From a bacterium (GTDB taxonomy: Bacteria > UBA8248): a stretch of 64,000 nucleotides of DNA. The stretch covers positions 192,001-256,000 of the forward strand of contig CBDBZY010000031.1 of the NCBI GenBank assembly GCA_965213685.1. The letters are read 5' to 3'. Position numbers and translations under genes: made by a program. The notes beneath the pieces are model-generated. The model did not search any database, was not told the origin of the DNA, and worked only from the letters and a program-made list of their open reading frames with translations. Of the stretch, positions 47,935 through 57,651 are shown piece after piece (positions within the stretch are counted from its first letter, which is position 1; each line of letters starts with the position of its first letter).

Positions 47935-48630
47935 TCATGCGGTCAAGCGGTCCAGGAGCGCGCCGTCGCACTCGCCCTCCGCCTTTCCGGTGGCCGTGAA
48001 TTCCCCCTTCTCCATCACGTAATACGCATCCGAGAGCCGCCAGGCGAACTCCAGATACTGCTCCACCAGAATGACCCCCACGTCGCCGCGCTCCTTGATC
48101 TTCCAGAGAACGCTCTCGATGTCCAGGATGATGGAGGGCTGGATGCCCTCGGTCGGCTCATCGAGCAACAGGAGCCTGGGTTCGCTCACCAGGGCGCGGG
48201 CGATGGCGAGCTGCTGCTGCTGGCCGCCGCTCAGCACGCCCCCCTTTCGTCCGAGCATCTCCCGCAGCACGGGAAAAAGCGCGAAAACGCTCTCATCATA
48301 GCATTTGGGGCGCGCCGGGTGCGCCTCGAGTCCGAGCAGGAGGTTCTCATGCACGCTCAGCTGCGGAAAAATCTCCCGCCCCTGGGGAACATACGCCATC
48401 CCGAGCCGGGCGCGCGCCTCCGGCCGCGCCGAGGTGACGTCCTGCCCCAGGAATTCGATTTTCCCCGCCTCGGGCCGGAGCAGGCCGACGACGGACTTCA
48501 GGAACGTCGTCTTGCCCATGCCGTTTCTGCCGATGATGCCCGCGATCTCCCCGGCGCCCACCCGGATGTCGAGGCCGCGCAGAACGCGGCTCTCCCCGTA
48601 GCAGGCGTGCAGCCCATCCACCCTAAGCAC
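47935..48630 (-). CDS. urtE: Urea ABC transporter ATP-binding protein UrtE
   Basis: [36 protein letters not shown]; GTG start overlapping urtD stop. Confidence 0.93.
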   Translation of the reverse strand: MLRVDGLHACYGESRVLRGLDIRVGAGEIAGIIGRNGMGKTTFLKSVVGLLRPEAGKIEFLGQDVTSARPEARARLGMAYVPQGREIFPQLSVHENLLLGLEAHPARPKCYDESVFALFPVLREMLGRKGGVLSGGQQQQLAIARALVSEPRLLLLDEPTEGIQPSIILDIESVLWKIKERGDVGVILVEQYLEFAWRLSDAYYVMEKGEFTATGKAEGECDGALLDRLTA

Positions 48631-49390
48631 GTTCTTCGCTTCCCCTGCCGAGGTAGAGTTCAATGACCCGCGGGTCTCGATGCACATGATCGATGGAGCC
48701 CTCGCATATGACGGCGCCCTCGTGCAGCACGGTGACGCGCTCGGCGACCTCCCGCACGAATTTCATGTCATGCTCGATGACGAGCACGGATCGCCGCGCG
48801 GCGATCTTGCGCAAAAGCGCGCCCGTCTTCTCCGTCTCCCTGTCCGTCATTCCGGCCACCGGCTCGTCCACGAGCAGCAAATCCGGATCCTGGGCCACCA
48901 CCATGCCGATCTCCAGCCATTGCTTCTCGCCGTGGGCCAGCAAGCCGGCCCGCCAGCCGCCCTTGGAAGCCAGCCCGATGACGTCGAGCGTCTCCTCGAC
49001 TTTCTCCCGGGCCTCCGGAGCGGGCCCGGTGAACAAAAGCGGCATCACCCTCTTGTCCTGCCTGACGGAGAGCTCGAGATTCTCGCGCACCGTCAGGTTC
49101 TCATAAATCGTCGGCGTCTGGAACTTTCTGCCGATGCCCGCGTTCGAGATTTCCTCCGGCCGCATCCGGGCGAGGTTGGTCTTCTCCTTGAAAACCACCC
49201 GGCCCGCATCCGGCTTCACCTTGCCGGTGACGACGTCGAGAAGCGTGGTTTTCCCCGCTCCGTTCGGGCCGATGACGCAGCGCAGCTCCCCCCTGTCCAT
49301 CTCGAAATTCAGCGCGTTCAGCGCGCGGAAGCCGTCGAAGATGACGAACACGTCCTCCATGTAGAGTATGCTTCTCGACGTCAGCGCCAT
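48623..49390 (-). CDS. urtD: Urea ABC transporter ATP-binding protein UrtD
   Basis: FDGFRAL, GPNGAGKT, GRKFQTP, HGEKQWLEIGM, DEPVAGMT. Confidence 0.95.
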   Translation of the reverse strand: MALTSRSILYMEDVFVIFDGFRALNALNFEMDRGELRCVIGPNGAGKTTLLDVVTGKVKPDAGRVVFKEKTNLARMRPEEISNAGIGRKFQTPTIYENLTVRENLELSVRQDKRVMPLLFTGPAPEAREKVEETLDVIGLASKGGWRAGLLAHGEKQWLEIGMVVAQDPDLLLVDEPVAGMTDRETEKTGALLRKIAARRSVLVIEHDMKFVREVAERVTVLHEGAVICEGSIDHVHRDPRVIELYLGRGSEERA

Positions 49391-49399
49391 GACGCTCCC

Positions 49400-50563
49400 C
49401 TAGCCTCCTTCCGGTTGCGCCGCCCGCCGCCCGGGGGCCGCCTCCGCGCGGCGCCCGCGCGTCCACCTGCGCAGATTCCGGGGCGCCCCGCGCGCCAGGC
49501 CGACGACGCCGTCCGGAAAGAACCGCACCACGAGGACGAACACGCCGCCCAGAAAGTAGAGCCAGTAATCCGGATAGGTCGACGTCAGGTAGCTGCGCGC
49601 CCAGTTCACGCCGACCGCGCCGACGACCGCGCCGATGAGGGACCCCCGTCCCCCGACCGCCACCCAGATGACCATCTCGATGGAGGGCAGCACCCCGATG
49701 CGCCCGGGGGTGATGATGCCCACCTGGGGCGCGTAGAGTGCGCCGGCCACCCCCGCCAGCATGGCGGACACGCTGAAGACGAACACCTTGTAGTTCGCGG
49801 GCGTGTACCCCGAGTAGAGCACGCGGTTTTCCGCGTCGCGAATCGCCAGCAGGATTTTTCCGGCCCGGGAGCGCACTATCCACCGGCAAAGGAGGTATGC
49901 GCCGCAGAGGGCGAGGGCGGTGATGACGTACAGCCCCCTCTGCGTGGAAACCTCCGCGAGCCCGTAGCCCAGAATTTTCTTGAAGTTGGTGAGTCCGTTC
50001 GTTCCGCCCAGGTTCACCTCGTTGCGGTTGAACACGAGCCAGGCGGAGAGTGCCAGGGCCTGCGTGATGATGGCGAAATACACGCCGCGAACGCGCGTCC
50101 GGAAAGCCAGGAAGCCGAAGACGGCGGCCAGGGCGCCCGGCACGAGCGCCACGGCGGCCAGCGTGAAGGGAAACGAATGAAACGGCCTCCAGAACAGGGG
50201 CAGCTCCTTCACGCGGTTCCAGACCATGAAGTCGGGCAGCTTGCTCTGGTAGACTCCCTCGCCGCCGATCTCGAGCGTCAGATACATCCCCATGCAATAG
50301 GCTCCGAGGCCGAAAAAAACGCCGTGGCCCATGCTCAGGATGCCCGTGAAGCCCCAGATCAGGTCGAGACCCAGGGCCAGGATGGCGTAGGCCAGAAATT
50401 TCCCGAACAGGTTGAGCGTAAAGTCCGAGACGTGAAAAAACGACCCTGGTGCGGCGAACGCATTCAGGGAGGGCATGGCGACGAGAAACCAAAAGGCCCC
50501 GGCGGCGAGAACGACCCCGCCGATTCTCCTCTCCACCCTGTCCGCCAACGCTTCCTGCGGCAT
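49400..50563 (-). CDS. urtC: Urea ABC transporter permease UrtC
   Basis: LDLIWGFTG, LPDFMVW, GVYFAIITQA, WVAVGGRG. Confidence 0.95.
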   Translation of the reverse strand: MPQEALADRVERRIGGVVLAAGAFWFLVAMPSLNAFAAPGSFFHVSDFTLNLFGKFLAYAILALGLDLIWGFTGILSMGHGVFFGLGAYCMGMYLTLEIGGEGVYQSKLPDFMVWNRVKELPLFWRPFHSFPFTLAAVALVPGALAAVFGFLAFRTRVRGVYFAIITQALALSAWLVFNRNEVNLGGTNGLTNFKKILGYGLAEVSTQRGLYVITALALCGAYLLCRWIVRSRAGKILLAIRDAENRVLYSGYTPANYKVFVFSVSAMLAGVAGALYAPQVGIITPGRIGVLPSIEMVIWVAVGGRGSLIGAVVGAVGVNWARSYLTSTYPDYWLYFLGGVFVLVVRFFPDGVVGLARGAPRNLRRWTRGRRAEAAPGRRAAQPEGG

Positions 50564-50568
50564 CGCGC

Positions 50569-52302
50569 TCAGGCTCCTCTCGTCCGGATGGCGAACAGCC
50601 CCTCCGGCCTTCTTTGCAGGAACAGAATCACCAGAACCAGAATCACCACCTTGCCGAACACCGCGCCCATCGCCGGCTCGAGTATCTTGTTCATGCCGCC
50701 GATGCCAAAGCCCGCCACGATGGTTCCGAGAATCTTGCCGACGCCGCCCGTCACCACCACCATGAAGGAATCCACGATATAGTTTTGCCCCAGGTCAGGC
50801 CCCACGTTTCCGACCTGGCTCAGGGCGGCGCCCGCCATGCCCGCCAGCCCGGCGCCGAACGCGAACGTCCCGGCGTCCACGCGCCGGGAGGGGACGCCCA
50901 GGCAGGTGCTCATGCTCCGGTTCTGGGTCACGGCGCGAATCCGCAACCCCGCCCGGGTGCGGAACAGGAACCCGTATGTGCCCGCCACGCAAAAGGCGGC
51001 CAGCCCGATGATGAACATCCGGTTGTAGGGGAACTGGACGCCCACCATGAGGTGATGCCCCCCGCTCAGCCACTCGGGGGATTTCACGTCCACGTTCTGC
51101 GCGCCGAATACCTGGCGAACCGCCTGCTGCAGAATCAGGCTGATCCCCCAGGTGGTCAGAAGCGTCTCCAGCGGTCGGCCATACAGGTGGCGGATGATGG
51201 AAATCTCCATCAGATAGCCCATGAGGGCGGACGCCGCGAAGGCGGCGGGAAGCGCCAGTATGAAATACCAGCCAAAGTAATGCGGCGGAAGATGGGAGAG
51301 GAACACGCCCTGGATGAGAAAGGTGGCGTAGGCGCCCAGCATCATCAACTCCCCGTGCGCCATGTTGATCACGCCCATGAGCCCGAAAACGATGGCCAGC
51401 CCCAGCGCCATCAGCAACAGGATGGAGCCCAGGCTCAGGCCCCGAAACAAGGTGCCGATGATGGAGGTCCAGGTCAGGTAGGCCTCGATTTCCCGTATGG
51501 CCTCGCCCGCCGCCGCGCGCACGGATGCGGCAGGGTCGCCGCTCGCCAGACGCCTCAGCTGCGAGACGGCGTTCAGCCCGCGAATCTCGCCCAGCCTGGC
51601 GGCCGCGAGGCGCCTCTCCTCGGGCTGGGGCGATTGCAGCAGAATCAGCGCCTTCGCCTCCACGATCGCGTGGCGACCCAGCCAGTGGGTCTCGCCCTCG
51701 AGCGCCCCGTCGAGGAGCGGAATGATGTCCGGCCCCCCCACCCTCGCCATTCGCGTCGCCGCCGCGCGGCGCACGTTCGGGTCGTCGGACCGGAGTTGCG
51801 CAGCACTCTGGAGCCGGTTCAGATGGGGCTTGATCGCCCGGCGGATTCTGCGGCCAGCGCGAATCTCGTCGAGTTGCCCGCCGGGAACGAAAAGAGGGCG
51901 CCCCTCCGGGGAGAGGAGCCGCTTCCTCCCCCGTATCGAGAAGAGCGGAACATATTCCGCGCCGTCGTCGCGGGCGAGGGCGTCTCCGCCGATGACGAGC
52001 CGGGTTTCTCCCGACTCGGATTTCCATTGGTAAAGGCTGCCCTCGCGAAGCGCCAGGAGGAGGGGCAGCAGGTTCGGCTCCAGGCGCTTCGCGAGACGAA
52101 CGGCAGCGCGTCTTCTCTTCTGTCGATCCTTCGATTGCAGTTGCGCGATCTCCGCCCGGACGCCCGGCGAAAACGCTTCCGCCCGCGCCTCGCCCCTCCC
52201 CGCGAGGCCAAAAACAGCCGCCGCGAGCAGGAGGAGGGCGCAAGACCGGAAGGCTCTCGCCAGTTCTCCGCGCGGAATCGCAACCACGCCGGCCCGCTGC
52301 AT
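50569..52302 (-). CDS. urtB: Urea ABC transporter permease UrtB with N-terminal HEAT-like periplasmic domain
   Basis: GLMGVINMAHGE, LYGRPLETLL.TWG, GPDLGQNYIVDSFMVVV.GG. Confidence 0.93.
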   Translation of the reverse strand: MQRAGVVAIPRGELARAFRSCALLLLAAAVFGLAGRGEARAEAFSPGVRAEIAQLQSKDRQKRRRAAVRLAKRLEPNLLPLLLALREGSLYQWKSESGETRLVIGGDALARDDGAEYVPLFSIRGRKRLLSPEGRPLFVPGGQLDEIRAGRRIRRAIKPHLNRLQSAAQLRSDDPNVRRAAATRMARVGGPDIIPLLDGALEGETHWLGRHAIVEAKALILLQSPQPEERRLAAARLGEIRGLNAVSQLRRLASGDPAASVRAAAGEAIREIEAYLTWTSIIGTLFRGLSLGSILLLMALGLAIVFGLMGVINMAHGELMMLGAYATFLIQGVFLSHLPPHYFGWYFILALPAAFAASALMGYLMEISIIRHLYGRPLETLLTTWGISLILQQAVRQVFGAQNVDVKSPEWLSGGHHLMVGVQFPYNRMFIIGLAAFCVAGTYGFLFRTRAGLRIRAVTQNRSMSTCLGVPSRRVDAGTFAFGAGLAGMAGAALSQVGNVGPDLGQNYIVDSFMVVVTGGVGKILGTIVAGFGIGGMNKILEPAMGAVFGKVVILVLVILFLQRRPEGLFAIRTRGA

Positions 52303-52363
52303 ACCCCCTCCTTCGCCGTGTTCGGCGCGTCGCCGGTATTCGTTCGCGATTCCTATGCTGCCA

Positions 52364-53686
52364 CTAGGCTTTCTTCTGGTATGTCCCCTGGTGGTTCACC
52401 CAGTCGCAGCTCTTGTCCGGGCTCGTGTACTGGCTCCAGGGTTCGGGTGCCACGAGGCCCTCCGTTTGCGATACGATGCGGAACTGCCCGTTCCTGAGGA
52501 TTTCGCCGATCAGCACCGGCTTGTGCAGGTGGTGGTTTTTCTCGTCGATCTTCTTGAACCCGCCCGGTGCCTCGAAGCCCATCCCATACGCCGCCTTGCG
52601 GACGGCGTCCACGGCCGTCGTGCCCGCCTTCTCCACCGCCTGCTTCCAGATGTGCACGCCGAGGTAGGCCGCCTCGATGGGGTCGTCCGTCACCCGGCTC
52701 GCCCCGCCCGGCAGCCCTTTTCTCTTGCAATACATCTTGAAGTCCTTCACGAACTTCTTGTTTTGCGGCGTGCTGATCGACTGGTAGTAGTTCCAGGCGG
52801 CGAGGTGCCCGACGAGGGACTTGGAGTCCATGCCGCGCAGCTCGTCCTCCGCCACGCTGAACGCCATGATGGGCACGTCCTCGGAGCGCAGCCCCTGGTT
52901 CGCGAACTCCTTGTAGAACGGGACGTTGCTGTCGCCGTTGATGGTGCTCAGCACGGCGGCGTCGCCGCCGGAGGCGAACGACTTCACCTTGCCCACGATG
53001 GTTTGATAATCTTGGTGATGGAAGGGCGTATACTCTTCCCGGATGTTCGCAGCAGGAACGCCCTTGGCCAGCAGGAAGGCCCGGAGTATCTTGTTCGCCG
53101 TGCGCGGGAAGACGTAGTCCGTGCCGAGCAGATAGAACTTCCGGAAGCCGCCGCCATCCTCGCTCATCATGTATTCCGCCGCCGGTATCAGCTGCTGGTT
53201 CGGCGTCGCGCCCGTGTAGAAGACGTTCCTGGAGCACTCCTCCCCCTCGTATTGCACCGGGTAGAAGAGCAGGCCGTTGTTTTTCTCATACACGGGAAGA
53301 ACGGATTTCCGGCTCACCGACGTCCAGCAGCCGAAGGTCACGTCCACCTTGTCCTTCAGGAGGAGCTGCTTCGCCTTCTCGGCGAACAGGTCCCAGTCGG
53401 ACGCGGGGTCCACGACGACGGGCTGGATGGGCCGCTTCATCACGCCGCCTGCGGCGTTGATCTCCTCCACCGCCATCAGGACGACGTCGCGCAGCGAAAC
53501 CTCGCTGATCGCCATCGTCCCGCTCAGGGAATGCAAAATGCCGATCTTGATGGGCACCGCCGCCCGAAGGACGTTCGGAAACGGGAGCGTGCTCGCCGCC
53601 GCCGCACCGAGGCCCATCGCGCCCGCCTTCTTCAAAAACCCCCGGCGAGACATCTTCTCCGTACCGATCCGTTCCTTGTTCTTCAT
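52364..53686 (-). CDS. urtA: Urea ABC transporter substrate-binding protein UrtA (Tat signal)
   Basis: SRRGFLK, GILHSLSGTMAISE, FGCWTSVSRK, YPVQYEG, DYVFPRT, TINGDSN. Confidence 0.96.
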   Translation of the reverse strand: MKNKERIGTEKMSRRGFLKKAGAMGLGAAAASTLPFPNVLRAAVPIKIGILHSLSGTMAISEVSLRDVVLMAVEEINAAGGVMKRPIQPVVVDPASDWDLFAEKAKQLLLKDKVDVTFGCWTSVSRKSVLPVYEKNNGLLFYPVQYEGEECSRNVFYTGATPNQQLIPAAEYMMSEDGGGFRKFYLLGTDYVFPRTANKILRAFLLAKGVPAANIREEYTPFHHQDYQTIVGKVKSFASGGDAAVLSTINGDSNVPFYKEFANQGLRSEDVPIMAFSVAEDELRGMDSKSLVGHLAAWNYYQSISTPQNKKFVKDFKMYCKRKGLPGGASRVTDDPIEAAYLGVHIWKQAVEKAGTTAVDAVRKAAYGMGFEAPGGFKKIDEKNHHLHKPVLIGEILRNGQFRIVSQTEGLVAPEPWSQYTSPDKSCDWVNHQGTYQKKA

Positions 53687-53995
53687 GTTCCCTCCCTCCC
53701 CTTCTTCTTCCGTCATGTGTCAGAGGGGGCCGTCTTGCGCGACCCGAAAATATGCGTGAAACGCTCCCAATCATTGATGCGCACCTGAGAATGTAGGGGA
53801 GTTTCTTTGCGGGAATCTTGCGATTCGGTTAAATTATCGTTTCTGTTTTGTTTCTCCGAGGTTTCGAGGAGGGGAGGGCATTCTCATGGGCGTCTCCCGC
53901 GCCATCAGGTTCTCGGCGCCGGAAGAACGATCCGGGCGGAGGGGGAGTGCGGCGGAGGCGCGAAGACGCCCCGCGCACCGAGAGAGGCCTTTCCG

Positions 53996-55384
53996 ATGGC
54001 GTCGCTGAGCCGCCGGTTCGCGAGGTGGGCGGCGGGGCTCCGCTATGAAGACCTGCCTCCCGAAGTCATCGACCGCGCCAAGGCCGTGACCCTGCTGGCG
54101 GTCGGCTCGGCTCTTTTGGGTTTCGACACCGAGGAGGGACAAAGGGCGGCGGCGCTCATCGCCGAGGAGGAGGCGGTGCTGCGCGGTGGTGCCACCATCA
54201 TGGTGAACGGGACCAAGGCGACGAAAGGGGGGGCCGCGTTCGCCAACTCCGAGATGACGCTGGCGGGCGGCAAGTGGGACACGTTCCGCATGCTCACCCA
54301 CCCGGGGACGATCATCCTGCCCGCCGCCCTCGCGGCGGCGGAGGCGGAGGGCGCCTCAGGGAAGGAGCTCCTCACTGGAATCGCCGCGGGCTATGAGGTC
54401 ATGGAGCGCCTGGCGTCCGACTTCATCCCCACGGTGATGTCGCGCGGCTTTCATGCGGGGCCGGTTTTCGGGATTTTCGGGGGCGCCGTCGCCGCAGGGA
54501 AGATCATGCGCCTCCCCGAGGAGCAGATGAACAGCGCCATCGCCCTTTGCGCGAGTCTGGCGAGCGGCAACCTCGAGGGACCGCGCAGCGGCGGGCGCGC
54601 GCTCAGGGAGGGGGCGGCGGCGCGGGGCGCCCTCCTCGCGGCGGCCCTCGCCGGGCGGGGGCACGCCGGCGGAGAGACCGTCCTCGAGGGAGACGCCGGC
54701 TTCTACCACGCCTACGCGGGAAACAACGAGGGCCGGCTGGCGTACAGCTTCACGGGCGACGCGCGGGCCAGCCTCGACGAGATCGCGGCGGGGCTCGGGG
54801 ACGAGTGGCTGTTTCTCGAAACGCTTTTTCGCGTTTATTCCACCTCGGGCTATAACCTCGCGCACATCGACGCGACGGCGAAACTCTGCGAGGAGAACGA
54901 CATTCGCCCGGAGGACGTCGCGCGCGTCGAGGCCGTCGTGAACTGGCTGGAGACGCAATACCCGAGTCCCGCCTTCGCAAACCGGCGCGAAGACGGTCCG
55001 CCCCGCCCGGGCGGGACGCATTACTATGCGGCGTTCGGCGTCGTGCGGCGCGGCTATCCGATACTGAACGACCCGCCGGGTGCGGCCGACCCGCCCGAGG
55101 TGCTCGACATGATGCGGCGGGTGCGCATCATCCCCTCCCGCCGGATGGGCCTTTTCGCACCGCGCGTGACCATCCGCACGAAGGACGGAAAATCCTTCAC
55201 CAGACAGGCCACCGGGCGGGAATTCATCTGGACGCTGGATGAATTGGCGAGGCGCTTGCGGGACATCGTCCCCGCCATCCCCGTGCCGGCGGAGCGGTTC
55301 GCGGAAATCATCGACACCTGCCGGGTGCTCGACGCGGAGGGGCGGGCGGAGAAGCTCGTTCGCCTGACGCTGGCGGAAGGATAG
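53996..55384 (+). CDS. MmgE/PrpD family protein
   Basis: YEDLPPEV, AAFAN, HPG..ILPAALA, GYEV, RGFH. Confidence 0.88.
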   Translation: MASLSRRFARWAAGLRYEDLPPEVIDRAKAVTLLAVGSALLGFDTEEGQRAAALIAEEEAVLRGGATIMVNGTKATKGGAAFANSEMTLAGGKWDTFRMLTHPGTIILPAALAAAEAEGASGKELLTGIAAGYEVMERLASDFIPTVMSRGFHAGPVFGIFGGAVAAGKIMRLPEEQMNSAIALCASLASGNLEGPRSGGRALREGAAARGALLAAALAGRGHAGGETVLEGDAGFYHAYAGNNEGRLAYSFTGDARASLDEIAAGLGDEWLFLETLFRVYSTSGYNLAHIDATAKLCEENDIRPEDVARVEAVVNWLETQYPSPAFANRREDGPPRPGGTHYYAAFGVVRRGYPILNDPPGAADPPEVLDMMRRVRIIPSRRMGLFAPRVTIRTKDGKSFTRQATGREFIWTLDELARRLRDIVPAIPVPAERFAEIIDTCRVLDAEGRAEKLVRLTLAEG

Positions 55385-55520
55385 GGAGGCCACCTCCGCC
55401 GCCCCCGGGGCCGGGCAGCGGACGGAGGCGCCAGCACCGCCGCGCCGCCGCGCATGCGGGAGGGGGGCCATGCGGCAGCCCCCGGCGATGCGCGCGCGGG
55501 GACTGGCTTGGCCGTCTCGC

Positions 55521-55937
55521 CTACTGGATCGAAATCTGCTTCGGCTTCGCCGCCTCGGCGATGGGGACGCGCAGGGTGAGGACGCCATCCCTGAGTTCCG
55601 CGGTCGATTCATGATCCTGCACCATGCCGGGCAGGACGACGCGGCGGATCAACGAACCCGCAAAGCGCTCGCGGCGGTAGTATTTCTCCGCCTGCACGTC
55701 CTTTTCCGCCTGCCTCGACGCCCTGATGGAGAGAACCCCCTTCTCGATCCGCAGCTCGATGTCCTCTTTCCGGAACCCCGGAAGCGACGCGCGCACCACA
55801 ACGTCCCTCTCCGTCTGCGCGATGTCGATGGGCAGAAGCTCCTCCTCGGCGTCATGGGAGGACGGCCTGACGAAGGAATCCTCCAACATGCGGTTGAACA
55901 CGTCGTAAACCGAGGCGCGTCTCGCCAAACTGGCCAT
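55521..55937 (-). CDS. Small heat shock protein Hsp20/alpha-crystallin
   Basis: LPG..KEDI, RRERFAG, AELRDGVLTL.VP, C-terminal ISI; GAGGAGG RBS. Confidence 0.95.
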   Translation of the reverse strand: MASLARRASVYDVFNRMLEDSFVRPSSHDAEEELLPIDIAQTERDVVVRASLPGFRKEDIELRIEKGVLSIRASRQAEKDVQAEKYYRRERFAGSLIRRVVLPGMVQDHESTAELRDGVLTLRVPIAEAAKPKQISIQ

Positions 55938-56047
55938 TTCCGAACCCTCCTCTGGTGAAAGTGATTTTTCGGGGACTTCGTCATCCCCGCGTCCAAAGCC
56001 TGTCAGCCAACCGTTTCATCGAGCATCTTTTCCGTCGAGCATTTTTT

Positions 56048-56120
56048 ATATGATTATATTTCACTCATATAATCATATGTCTTACGCATAATATATAGAC
56101 CCCTCTCTCGTTTTTGTCAA
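56048..56120 (-). promoter_or_regulatory. hsp20 sigma70 promoter with downstream 12-bp inverted-repeat operator
   Basis: TTGACA (56120-56115)-17 nt-TATATA; ATATGATTATAT-N7-ATATAATCATAT at 56048-56078. Confidence 0.75.
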
Positions 56121-56377
56121 CAAAAAAACCGGCGGCTCCTCTCACAGGGCACCGGTGCGCACGTCGGCGTGCCGGCGATGACGAAGACGAGAAGCCGGAT
56201 GGGCGCGGAAACGTCAGGGATTTTTCGGGAGAGCGCGCCATGAGAGAGGGGAGGGAGTGGTCGGGCGGGCGCCGATGCGGCGCGAAACGGCGCATCCCGC
56301 GAAAGGCGGCGGCTCGCGCGCACCACCTCCCGCGCGTCTGCGCATGAGCGCCCGCCTGCCGGCGCGCCTCGCTGCGT

Positions 56378-57517
56378 CTACCAGAGCTGCGCGGACGCCA
56401 GCGCCGCGCCCTCGGCGAGTGCGGCCAGCTTCATCCACACGATGCGGCGATCCACCTGCACGCGGCCAGCGAAGGTGCCGAAGCCGCAATCGACGCCGGC
56501 TGTCACGTTCTCGCGGCCAACCGCCCCGGCGTAGCGGACGATGCGATCCGCCACCAGTTCGGGATGCTCCACGAAGTTCGAGGTCGAGTCGATCACGCCG
56601 GGGATGACGCGCTTGCCCTCCGGCAAATCCACCTCCCGCCAGATCTTCCATTCGTGCGCGTGGCGAGGGTTCGCGCCCGGAAACGACACGGCGCAGGGCC
56701 GCCCCCGCAGCACGATGTCGACAATGTCGCGGAGCGGCACGTCCTCATGGTGCGGCCCCAGCGTGCTGCCCCAGCAAACGTGCATCCGCATGCGCTCGGG
56801 CGGAACCTTTCTCACGGCGTGGTTGAGCGCCTCGACGTGCATCGCTATCTCCCTGCGAAAATCCGCGAGGCTCAAATCCCGAAACACGGTGTGGCGGCTC
56901 AGCGCGAGGTCGGGACAGTCGAGCTGGAGGATCAGCCCCGCCTCGACAATCGCCTCGTACTCGCGGCGCATCACGTCCGCGAGGGCGAATACGTACTCCT
57001 CCTCGCTGGGGTAGTAGAGGTTCTTCAGGTAGCGCGAAATCTGCCCCGGCGAGGGGGAGGTCATGAACGCCGCCTCCGCCCCGGCACGGCCGAGGGCGCG
57101 CCTCGCGCGGTCTATGTCGGCTTGCGCTGCGGGCCAGTCCCTCCACGCCACGGGGCCGGTGCAGGCCGGTCGGTTTTGCAGGGGCGAGGCGAAGCGGGAG
57201 AGCATGTCCGCGAGTTCGGGGAAGCGTTCATCGCCCGTGCCGAGCGGGGGGGAGGTCGGGCCGTCATAGCCCGTCAGGCGGTCTTTGACGTGCGTGGTGT
57301 AATCGGGCCGGCCCTGCTCGCCGTCGTTGATGATGTCCAGCCCCGCCGCCGCCTGCCTCTCCACGACGTCGTCTATGGCGCGCGCCACGGCGGCCTCGAG
57401 GCGCCCATCCGCCCGGGGGCCGCCCTCCTCCTGTGCCAGCAGCAAATCGACCACCGCAGGCGGGCGCGGCAAGCTCCCCGTGTGGGTCGTGCGTATCCTC
57501 TGCCCGTTGCGCTTCAT
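56378..57517 (-). CDS. Cobalamin-independent methionine synthase II (MetE C-terminal-like) family protein
   Basis: THTGSLPRP, DGEQ, LQLDCP, HVCWG, PGVID, VDCGFG. Confidence 0.9.
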   Translation of the reverse strand: MKRNGQRIRTTHTGSLPRPPAVVDLLLAQEEGGPRADGRLEAAVARAIDDVVERQAAAGLDIINDGEQGRPDYTTHVKDRLTGYDGPTSPPLGTGDERFPELADMLSRFASPLQNRPACTGPVAWRDWPAAQADIDRARRALGRAGAEAAFMTSPSPGQISRYLKNLYYPSEEEYVFALADVMRREYEAIVEAGLILQLDCPDLALSRHTVFRDLSLADFRREIAMHVEALNHAVRKVPPERMRMHVCWGSTLGPHHEDVPLRDIVDIVLRGRPCAVSFPGANPRHAHEWKIWREVDLPEGKRVIPGVIDSTSNFVEHPELVADRIVRYAGAVGRENVTAGVDCGFGTFAGRVQVDRRIVWMKLAALAEGAALASAQLW

Positions 57518-57651
57518 GGCCTGGCCCCCTCCTCGTTTCCGTCCGCACCCAAAGATGCCCCCTGAAATCCGCTCCGTCTCTCCCCCCCATCCCCCGGCGG
57601 ACCGCTTCGTCGGCGGCTGCGCGCGCGCCCTCTCGGCTCTCGGGCGTCCCC

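Noticed and set aside
51480-52302. Novel fusion at the UrtB N-terminus
   Set aside because: N-terminal periplasmic HEAT-like extensions are already known in UrtB proteins
48680-52497. 700-aa and 682-aa plus-strand ORFs (and similar long ORFs at 24888-27149, 30381-32579, 38560-40767)
   Set aside because: Antisense to well-supported genes; no independent coding signal
53690-53990. Sigma54, NtrC or NtcA sites upstream of urtA
   Set aside because: No convincing -24/-12 or palindromic consensus found by eye
55938-56000. ROSE RNA thermometer before hsp20
   Set aside because: A hairpin (CGGGGA..TCCCCG) exists, but there is no U(U/C)GCU motif pairing with the SD
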